A stretch of 64,000 bases of DNA, from the NCBI RefSeq assembly GCF_006345805.1, contig NC_043017.1, positions 18,228,001-18,292,000 of the forward strand, read 5' to 3'. This DNA is from Octopus sinensis (Eukaryota). A program made the position numbers and the translations under genes. Within the stretch, counting starts at the first letter, position 1. The number at the start of each line of letters is the position of its first letter. A model generated the notes under the pieces. That model saw only the letters and a list, made by a program, of their open reading frames with translations. It had not been told where the DNA came from and did no database searches. Of this stretch, positions 1-11,500 are shown piece by piece.

Positions 1-731
1 CGCACTGGGGTCGATATAACTGACTTAATCCGTTTGTCTGTCCTTGTTTGTCCCCTCTATGTTTAGCCCCTTGTGGGTAGTAAACAAATAACTATCTCAA
101 GCCACTGACCTGTGACAATCTGAACATTTATAACAGCAACTGGTGATCCTTATCTTTCAGGAGGATCTAAAAATGACCAGTGAACTTCATTTTAAAATCA
201 GTAGAACATGCCTCTTTCCTATAAGTTAACTCATGCAAGATTCTTAACCTACATTGTTTCTGGAGTAGAACACATTGAGCATTGGAGATAACATAATGGT
301 CTGTCAGCAAACCTATCTGATGAGCCTGTTGCTTTGACTGTTTTCCTATCCTTAGTGGCTATTTTGATCATACAACAGCCCACTTCAACAGCAGTTCCCT
401 CAGTTGGATGTACTAAGGGTAGTTCCCCTTTCTCCAACACGTTTTCCCCACCCAGCAACTCTCAAAATAGCATTTCTAAGCCACTTTCTCCTTGCTTGTG
501 ACAATAAATGCATTACCATCATTATGAACCCACTTTTCTCCACCACCATTTGTATTTATCCTAACACACAATCTAGAATGCTTCATATCTATGATTGTCT
601 CATCATAAGCATTGGCAATCCTCTTGCTTTGATTCTCTTCAAGCTATGGACATTTTTCACTTAGCTTGAGACAAATGTGTCTCTTGACTGTTGTTCTTTG
701 ATGTCCTCACCCCCACCTTCCTGTCTTTTAG

Positions 732-814
732 CTTTTATGAACTCAAAAAAACATTTGATGCCTCTCGTGAAGGCACAACTTCATTTGATGGATAAAAACA
801 GACTAATGAATCAC
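732..814 (+). CDS. candidate upstream exon of the NCF2/NOXA1-like gene
   Basis: Acceptor ctgtcttttag at 721-731 and strong donor CAC|gtgagt in phase 0, matching exon 1039. It encodes FMNSKKHLMPLVKAQLHLMDKNRLMNH, which only weakly resembles the TPR helix GCMYTILKN/GCVHLLAGD. Confidence 0.4.
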
Positions 815-1038
815 GTGAGTTGCCATAGCAATACTAAAGATTAAGTGTGATTAAAAAATTACTGTTGTTGTAGAACAAACCTACACTTATGACTGTGACC
901 ATCCTGCGATACAAGGAGGATGGAAATTCTCACATTCAGGATGTCCTATTTTTAAACCAGATGTTATGGGTGATTTGGCAAATAAAGAGACTACTCATTT
1001 AAATTTTCAATTAAATAATTTTTTCTCCTTCTTTGCAG

Positions 1039-1121
1039 AACTTTCAAAAAGCAGTGACCAAGGATACACATTTTGTTGCAGCCTATGTGCAGATGGCTGC
1101 AATTTACTTGGAATATAACAT
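1039..1121 (+). CDS. NCF2: NCF2-like exon, TPR (83 nt)
   Basis: ctttgcag|AAC...AT|gtaagt; [27 protein letters not shown]. Confidence 0.85.
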
Positions 1122-4100
1122 GTAAGTGCATGGTTTCTAGAATTTTAAAAACATTTTTGACTCCCTCAGATATTCCCACATAAGGGTAGGTGTATCAGAT
1201 ATTCCCACATAAGGGTGGGTGTATCTGAGGCAGCTATGTATCTTCTCTATACCAAGACACCTCTGCTTATCCCTGGCATAAAACAACCTCTTCACCCTCT
1301 CAAATACTCGTCTGGCTTAAAAGGGATTTTTTCCCGTTGTTGATGATAAGCATGGCTGTGGGGCTAAACAGTGAAGTTTGTTTTTCAGTTATGTGGATTT
1401 GGGTTCAATCCTATTGCATGCCACTTTGAGCCGGAGTTTCTCACTATAACTTCAAGCTGACTAAAGTCTTGTGAGTAGAATTTATATAGAAGAAACTGGA
1501 AATCTGGGAGATTTTGTCATCTACACACCCCCACTACCACCACCACCACCACCTGGCCTTCCAAGTATTTAACAGGGTGTTCTATATATCAATATAAATG
1601 TTACATTGATGCAACAATAATAATGAGTCTTAGAAGACTTGTCATCATTTAACATCTGTTTTCCATGCTGGCTTGGATTGGATGGTTTGACTGGAGCTGG
1701 TGAAGCTATATCAAGTTCCATTGTCTGTTGTGGCATGGTTTCTACAACTGGATGCCTTTCCTAATGACAACCACTCCATAGAGTGTACTGAGTGCTTTTT
1801 ATGTCGTACCATCACTGGTATCAATTCTGTTGTGGTGGACAGTTCTGGAGTACAGCAGTGCACCAGATATTTTGTTCCTTAGTCATCTTCATAAGGCTCA
1901 GAGTCTTGAGATTGGCCTTGTTATATATATATATTGTACAAAATGACAGAAAATGAAAAATATATTCTGGTGTATGTACTCTTTTGCTCTTTTACTTGTT
2001 TCAGTCATTTGACTGCGGCCATGCTGGAGCACTGCCTTTAGTCGAGCAAATTGACCCCGGGACTTATTCTTTGTAAGCCCATCGGTCTCTTTTGCCGAAC
2101 CGCTAAGTGACGGGGATGTAAGCACACCAGCATCGGTTGTCAAGCAATGCTAGGGGGACAAACACAGACACACAAACACACACACACATACATATATATA
2201 TACATATATACAACAGGCTTCTTTCAGTTTCCGTCTACCAAATCCACTCACAAGGCATTGGTCGGCCCGGGGCTATAGCAGAAGACACTTGCCCAAGATG
2301 CCACACAGTGGGACTGAACCTGGAACCATGTGGTTGGTAAACAAGCTACTTACCACACAGCCACTCCTGCGCCTATATATATATATCTTTATAATCATTT
2401 TGTCTTTTCAGTTGTGATGCTGCAATCAAGTGTTACCAAGTAGCTATACATTTGATGGGTAACAAGAAATATATCAACTACCGACCTCTGGGATTGAACC
2501 TAATTTTATATTTGACAGAGGTAAATATATGTAATTCCTATTGATACCACTTGCTTCTCTCTGCTTTCAATCCTACCCACTAGTGTAGCGGGGAGGGGGG
2601 GCAGTCTGCCCCAGGTGGCACTTTTGGGTCTGCTGTGTTTTTTGTGGGGTCCAAGGGTGGCAAAAGGAAGGGCTGCCCCAAGCGGCACACATTCTAGCTA
2701 TGCTAGTGACCCTTACCCCACCTATTTTTACACCATTTGTAATTTTTCTCTTTTATTAATTCCTACCTGAGTATTTATACCTGAAAATGTTTTGTGTGTT
2801 GCTACTTTGCTCTAAATGAAACCCGATCAAACAAACATACAATTTATGTATGATCTAAGACTTTCCATTTGTGACCATCAAACAGACTTTACCGAGGCAG
2901 TTTTTCGACATCTTGCTGAACACAAGATAAATGGATGATACTTCATGCTGGCCTGGGTTGAACACTTTGGCAGGATCTCAATGGTCCAAGGACTGTATCC
3001 TGCTCCAGTGTCTGCTTTATCATGGTTGCTATGGCTGGATGCCCTTCCTAATTCTATCCACTTTACAGAGAGAACTGGGTACTTCTTTTCAAGACACCAG
3101 CACTTATGAGGTTATCATGAAGCTCATGAAATTAAGGAATTCCTTAAGCTAAGTGAAGCCACAATCGAAAGGAAGGTGGCTTTATGTTCAGAGATGAGAT
3201 TAAAATACGAGAGAAGGGTCCAGAACAGCATATGTGGGTGTTTGTGTGTGACCTTTGCACATCACATGATGTTTGTAAATGAGCATCATCCCCGTACAAG
3301 CGAGGTTATTTGCTGCTAGTCTTCTATGGAAAATGTGTCTTAGCTAAGGGAAAATATTACCTTGCCAGGAAACAAGTAAGGGTCGGTGACAGGAAGGGCA
3401 TCCAACCTCGACAGATTCTGTCTGACTTGTGCAAGTATAGAAAAGTGAACGTAAAAGAGATGATTGGGCTGATATTTCTTTACATTTATTTTGTCATATA
3501 GAACATTTTTTTGCTTCGTTCTAAAATGTTTAGAATTTTCGAGTATATGCGTTTTCTTTCAAATCTTAATCCTTTTACGCAGTTCCTTTTAAGTTCATTG
3601 TCATGAGAAAAAATAATATTTTACATACATCCTAGTTGTATTTTATGCCTTGCCAGGTGTGAAAATTTTAGAAAATTTGAGATTAATGACTTTTTTTTCT
3701 ATTTAAAATTGCTGTATTCACAATGTTTTATATTTCTTGTGTAAAACAATGAAATAAAAGAGTATAAAAAGATCTTACATTTAGTATTATTCTTCTCTCT
3801 CTTTCTTCATAAACCCACAAATACCTCTCTATATGTATTGGTGCTGATCTGAAGCTGAACCAAAAGGCAGGATTTATTAGTTATTGTAGTCCTAGTTACT
3901 CTGTCATCATCATGATCATCATTTAACATCTGCTTTCCATGCTGGCATAGGTTGGATGGTTTGACAGGAGCTGGCTTGGCAGAAGACTGCACTAGGCTTC
4001 AGTGTCTGTTTTGGCATGGTTTTTACGACTGGATGCCCTTCCTAAAACTAACCACCCCAAAGAATGGACTGAGTGGTTTTTAACCGGCACTAGCACAGGC

Positions 4101-7100
4101 GAGGTCAGTTTTGGTATGCCCTTCCAAATGCCAGTGTGGACTGAATGTTTTTTTACGTGACACCAGCACTGGCAGGGTCACCAAGTAACCTGCAAAACAA
4201 AGATTTTTTCAGAGGAAGGAGGTGACCTTGTGCCAGGTGATGAAAGATTAGAGTGTGACAGAGAAACAGAAACAAGTATCTTGCTGCAGAGGAGATACAT
4301 GGTTACCCAGTCAGAGAGAGAGAGCAAGAGGGAGATAGTGGCAAAGTGCTAGGGCATACTCACAAGGAACGGGGATCAGAATATGTGTGAATGAAATTTG
4401 GAATGATCATAACTTGAACACCTTTCACTATAGGCTTGCTGGATCAGGGTTAATCAGGGGCTAATCCAGTCTTTTGAATAAACTCACTTAAAAATTTCTT
4501 TGTGCATTGTTTTGCACTTGCCTTATTTTCTCTCTCCCCGCTCCATCCATGGGGTATTTTTTTCATGCTGTGTTCACTTCCTGCTGCTCTTTCTCAATCT
4601 TCCTACTCCCTTAGGGGTATTATTTCCATGTCACACTCTCTTTGTCTCTTCCCATTCAGGCTCTCCACAACCAAGCTGTTGCTGAATCAAAAGTTGACAA
4701 TTGGAAACAAGTAGAGATCTTAATAAACATGGCTATCAGTGCTCAACAGGAGGACAAATTTAACAACAAACTTAAAATATCTTTACAGGCCATCCAGGTA
4801 AGTCAAAAAAACAACTTTCTGTGTCAATTCTAACAATCTTTTTGATGCCAAATTACTAGAGTTAGCCTCTGGTTACTTTATACAAAGCATTTTATTTTAA
4901 AGCATTTATATTTAACCCTTTAGTGTTCAGATTACTCTGTTAAATGTAATATTTTTTTACTCAAATTGTTTTTAATTAATCATGCATTATCTTATAGCTT
5001 TTGAGGTTTTAATGACGTGATTGTTCATTTTTAGAATGTCAATGTAGGTTAGGTGTGAGAGCCTTGATCTGGTCAGTTTAAACATAAAATAGGTAGAAAA
5101 CTTCGGCTGGATATGGCCAGTTTAAACACTAAAGGGTTAAATGAAAACCTTCCACTGTTATTTTCTGTAAAAAGCCCATACTATCACATTGTTATATCTT
5201 GCATACTGTGTTTGATTCCTCTTCTATCCAGCTTTCCTGTCTCTCCATTTCTACTCTGTTGTTCATGCACACTCACACTGTGTGTATAAACAATGCTCTC
5301 TTTATAGCTTTTGTTAAACCTCTACATTCAGGGTACCTGTTTCACCACTTTGTCGCACTGAATTTTGCATATGAGCAACATACAACCTGCCCTTCACTCA
5401 GAAGGATAGACGCTTTATTGATGATAGAAGTAGTAGCTCCCTGGTCACAATTTACAAGGTATCCACTTCAACTGCTAATTTAGTCAGTTAATGGAAACTA
5501 TTGACTGCTTCTTGGAAACCATCCTGGCAGTTCAGAAAATCTATTTCCTGGGTGCATTTTTATGCTTAATGCTGTGTGTGGTGTGAAACAACACCTATTA
5601 AAGGACCAATGAACTGAGGAAAGCCAACGATCATACAATATTGTGTATGTTTGTATATATTTAAGACTGGACTATTGGTAGATAGTACAAAGCTGACCCA
5701 ACCTTCAGTGTCCAGTTTCAATGAGCAGTGATGTAGCCAGCAATATCTCTGTGGGCCACATAACTCAGGACTGCTACATTTTACAGGTTAAATTTTTCAA
5801 CCAAAAATGTACAGTAAGTCCCGACCATGATGATAAATGGGGGAGAAAAAAAATATAAAACATTCTCTACATAAAGACAACATTACCACTTGCCTAGCTT
5901 CCCTAGCACCACATCAATGGCCATATAAAACATGGGAAGGTTTTCTGCCATACCCTGTGTACTCCAGGACCAGTATAAATCAAAACCTGGACAGACCTTT
6001 TTACCCCTTGTTTCAGTCATCAAACTGTAGCCATGCTGAAACACCACCTTGAAGAATTTTTTTAGTTGAACAAATCGATCCCAATACTTACATTTTAAAA
6101 CCTTTTAGTTATTCTATTGGTCCCTTTTGCCAAACTGCTAAGTTACAGGGATGTAAACACACCAACACTGGTTGTCACGTGGTGTTTGGGGGACAAACAC
6201 ACACACATGAGCAGCTTCTTTCAGTTTCCGCCCACCAAGTCCAATCACAAAGCTTTGGTCAACCTGAGGCTATAACAGAAGATACTTGCCCAAGGTGACA
6301 TGCAGTGGGACTGAACTCAGAACCATGTGGTTGGGAAGCAAGCTCCTTACCACACAGCCATGCCTGCACCTCCTGGCCCTTTCATTGAATTGGTTAAGGT
6401 ATTGTGTACATGTGTGACAATGACATAACCATCACTTTTATAGCTGCCTTACTTCTGAGGGCACACAGACAAAGTAGTGTATAGGTGGTAGTAGTCATGA
6501 CATTTCAGTCAGTAACACAACTGTAGTCTTCATTAATACTCTTTTACAAAAAAGGTTTAGTGATAGTATGGCCATGTGGATATATTCTTTGATGCCTGTC
6601 ACTAGATTGGTCCACTTTTGTCTGTAGGAATTTTTACCCACCCCTACCCCCATATTATCAATTATTATTTATAGTTATATGGGTTGGGGAATGGGCAAAC
6701 TTGTTGGAGTGTTGGCAAAAATGCTGCATGGTATTAATTTTGACTGTTTACATTCAGAGTTCAAATCCCTCTGAAGTCAACTTTGCCTTCTATCCTTTTG
6801 GAGTTGATAAAATAAAATCCCAGTGAAGGACAGAGATTGATATAATCAACTAGCCCTCTGCTCTCAGAAATTAAGTGTTGTGTTTAAATTATGGGGGTTG
6901 ATAAAATGAAATACCAGTCAAGTACTGAGCAATGTAATTAACTAGGCCCCTCCCCTCAAAAATTGCTGGTTTTGTGCCTAAATTAGAAACAATTATAATA
7001 AAGGTACTTTTAATGAGCTTCATTAAAAGATGTCTTTTTAGCTTTTCCAAAGGCTCTGACTACAGTTTAAACTACACACACATACACACGTACAAAAGTT

Positions 7101-8371
7101 GGTGGTCCCTCAGTCAGTTTGGAGGGACATATACAAGTGAAATGATTTGTTAATGAAATCCACTCCAAAATTTGTACAAGCACACACACATACCTATACA
7201 TCCAATTTATATATACACATATCTTTATATATAAAAGAGAGGTTGTGTGCTGTCTGTCTCCTACGATTTAGATTCCTAACTACTCCCACATTTTGCGGTG
7301 CAGTATCTTATAGTCGTGATTCATATCGAGCCCTTCTGGGTATTAGCGCGCGTCTACGATGAGTCTACGATTTAAAAAAAAAATTACCATCAATTTTTCC
7401 CATTTTTGGCATATATAAGGGAAGTAACTCTCTAAAAATGTATTATTAAATCTCAGAACGTAAAAAGCTACAGTAACACCCCCCCCCTTTGTGGTTAGCC
7501 ATATTTACATCTCTAAAAATGCTTATATAGTTATTTCCCTTACAAACCTGAGCAACGCCGGGCGATACTGCTAGTATGTATATATGTAAAGGTGTGTGTG
7601 TGTGTATATATATATACATATATAAAATCTACTGAAAAACAGGTACATAATTGCTGTCAAAGGTAAGTGATACAGCAATGAAAGTAGGAGCATTAGGATA
7701 TTCAAGGTAGAAGAGTAAAATTGTCTGCATATACACACATGCACAAACATGTGCATGTACACACACACACATATGCAAGCACATTAATATACATCCATGT
7801 GCACATAGATGTATATACATGTGCACACACGCACACATACACACTCACACTTAATGTGTCTTTTTGTTCTGTTTTCAGCAAAAACAACAGCCCCAACAGT
7901 TTCCCATTGGAACTGGAATCTTCCATCCACCCAAATGGATGATAGAAAGTACGAAGAATGTCAACTACCTGGGAGATTCCAAGGTGAGTGAAGGTGGTTA
8001 GTTCATGGTCAGTGGTGAGCATGTGGTGGTGGGGGGGGACTGATCATGTAGGTGTGAGATTTATTTTGGTGGTGGCAGGGAAGTTGTCTGTATGTGGTGT
8101 TTTGTGGTTGAGCATTGATACTCAAATATTTAGCAGACAGAAATGCCTCTTCAGTGATGGTCATGGAGGTGGAGATGAACCAATTATAAGTACAAGTATT
8201 TTAGTAAACCAATACGAGACAAACTGGAAGAAACTTGTATTAGATACATCAGCAAAAACAACTGAGATTTGGAACAAAAATCTTTGGGTTCTGTGTTCAA
8301 ACACTTCCGAGTATATCTGTACAATACAATGTATATATTTAATGTACATATATTTATAGTGTACAATATAT

Positions 8372-8412
<41 letters not shown>

Positions 8413-8518
8413 CCTGCTCGCTTAGCCAGCGAGGTGGCGTCATTTGAAGGCTAAAAACAATGCGAAGCGCATTGTGACCAGCGATGTGTAGCAACATCTG
8501 ATAACCTGGTCAGTCTCG

Positions 8519-8575
<57 letters not shown>

Positions 8576-11500
8576 TGTGGTTAGTACAGTCATCTCCTCC
8601 ATACTTGCCAAAATAATTTAAATCTGGAATCATTTTCTTTTCCAGGTATATCTACCTATTGATCTGTCATCTACTTATCTCTCTCTCCACATATTTGTAT
8701 CTAGTTAATGCTCTTTGCCTTAAATAAGTGCACACTAAATAGAAACTTCTGATCCAGTATCAATATGAGAAACCACTGAAGTGTCTTCCTCACTTCTGTT
8801 TTCAGTTATTTATTCAGCTAAATCCCTTCTTTGTGGAAGTGTCCCACCCCCATCTACATACATCCCTTTCTTTTTTGTCGTTCAACTTCAGCAATTAGAA
8901 TTAACAACCCTTTTTCCATGCTTTTCCCAAGTTGAGTAGTTTGAAGGGATCTGATCAGCCACAGGGCTGCATAAACTTCCAGCTGGACGCCCTTCCTAAC
9001 ACTGACCACTCTGTGGTGTGTAAACACTTATATTTTATATTTTAGGGTGACGAGCTGGCAGAAACGTTAGCAAAATGCTCAGCGGTATTTCGTCTGTCGC
9101 TACATTCTGAGTTCAAATTCCGCTGAAGTCGACTTTGCCTTTCATCCTTCCGGGGTCGATAAAGAAAGTACCAGTTACGCACTGGGGCCGATATAATCGA
9201 CTCAATCCCTTTGTCTGTCCTTGTTTGTCCCCTCTATGTTTAGCCCCTTGTGGGCAATAAAGAAATATATATTTTATGTTTTCCAGGTTATTTCGACCAA
9301 CAACAATCCCTTCTCCATGAATGAATCCAATTCAAGAAGCAAGTCATCAAATGACGAGTTATGGCCCAATCTCAAGGAACGAGAAACAGGGCAAAAGAAA
9401 GAAATGAAAACTGTGATTGAACTGCTAACGACAATAACGTTAGATACAGCAATAAAAACTGTTAATTCGAAACAGAAAGAGAGCAATCTTGGCACAGATG
9501 GTAAACCGCAACGACCACCAAGACCACAATCCAAATCACCACCACTTCGACCTCCACTTCCACCAAGAATTTCCGAGATCCGTAAACTTCCTAAACTATG
9601 TAAAGAATCACTTTATTATTATTCACCATCATCAACATTATCATCATCATAGCCCCCTCCCCTAAACTTACTGGCCTTGTGCCAAAATTTGAAACCATTA
9701 TTATTAGTGTCCTCATCATCACAACAGTGGTTTGGTAGAATTGTTAGCATTGCATAAAATTCTTTGTGGTATTTCATCCAGCCTCTTATGCTCCGAGATC
9801 AAATCCCACAGTAATTAACTTTACCTTACTTTCCTCCAGGGTTGAAATAAAATAAAATGGGCGATGGTCCAGTCCCAAGTTTGATGGTTTTTAACTTTCC
9901 TTCATCCCCCAAAATTGTTGACCTTGTGACAACAATTCTGATGACAATCTTCAATGAATAATTCAGGTTTTATCTTGCATTAAATTTAAGTCTTTCCTGA
10001 GAAATTTGTTTTATAGTTTAAAAATTTATATTCCAAGGAATGAAATATGATGTTGACTTAATATAAATTGTCTTGTATTTAGCCCCTTGTTAAGAGATCG
10101 TGGGGAGATCTATAACCCCTGGCCCTCTCCATCTACCAGCATCATTTTCATGTTTAAAAGAAAAAAACGACAAGATTGATATTTTCAAGGATGGGTTAAT
10201 ATGTGTTTGTATGCTGCACACATGTATCTATGGTATGTGTGTGTGTAGATGTGTGCATGCATATATGTGTGAGTCTTTCTTAGTGTATCTGTACATATGT
10301 ATGTGTGTATAGATATACACACACAATATTAATAATGGCAGGATAAACATTTTACCAACCTATATGAAGTTAATGAACTTTTAGCCACATTACTGCTGTG
10401 ATTTTAATTACAAAATGTTTTCTACTCATTCTTTAAGTTAGCACCACTTAACTGTTTGTTTTCTCTGCAGAATACATCCCTAAATAATTCCCTGCCCACC
10501 ATTTATTCTTACTGTTTCTGTTTTTACAGCAACTAACAATGACCTGAAATCTCAAGACAATACAAAAGTGAGTATATACATTTATATATATGTATGTATG
10601 TATTAAGACATCTTTTCTGTGTCTGTATGTCTATTTGTGTTTAAGTATGCTTTTCTGTGTCTATATGTATATGTTTGTTGGTATATAATATATATATAGT
10701 TTAAAGATCCAACAGAGGTAGAATCAACAAAAAAAAACCACTCCATCCAGTGAGAGATAATATCAATTTGAATACACAACTGAAAGGGCTACCAATAATT
10801 TCATGCTATTATGACGCTTGAACATGCACAATTATAAAGGATGCCTTGTATCTTAAAAAGAGCCTGAAAGTCTCGTGCATCATAATAGCACGAAACTCCC
10901 GGGAACAGGAGGGGATGCATTGATGGAAGAGTCACTAAAGCAGCCAAAGATGCGTGATGAAAGATTCTGTCGGATTCCCAGCTCTTTAGCCTTCTTTACC
11001 AGTGGGATATTTCCCATTGATAATGGCTAAAGAGCTAGAAATGCATTTGGGAATCTAATTGGATGGAACACTGGACAGATATAGTGTTTTTTTTTACACT
11101 CTTTTTACCATAAGAGAGAATTTTTGTTCTCCATGGTAACTGCAGTAAATGTCTTTAGAAGTTGAAATATTTCACAGACACGTTTTAACTAACCTAAAGT
11201 TCGTTTTTATATCTATATATATGTGTTCACCTGTTTGTATATATTTGTAATTTTGTAAATGTAAATGCTTATAACTTCATACATGTCCATGTGTGCACAT
11301 TTATGTATATGTATTCTTGTTTTTGTCTGTTAGTAGATCTGTATTTGTCAGTACTTCTATGTTTTCTACTTTTTATTTTACAAGCCAAAATTTATTCTCT
11401 GCACACTCACACACATATATAATACAGATACATGTATATATGTTTATTTATGTATTAAACTTATATTATGCTAGAATGTCATCTCCACTGAGGAAAACAC

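Noticed and set aside
161-224. Possible further upstream exon of the NOX activator (EDLKMTSELHFKISRTCLFPI)
   Set aside because: Good acceptor and faint TPR resemblance, but only weak donors (gtagaa, gttaac) and a stop shortly after; not supportable without transcripts.
10799-10895. 19-bp imperfect inverted repeat
   Set aside because: Short, two mismatches, probably part of a decayed repeat; no further support.
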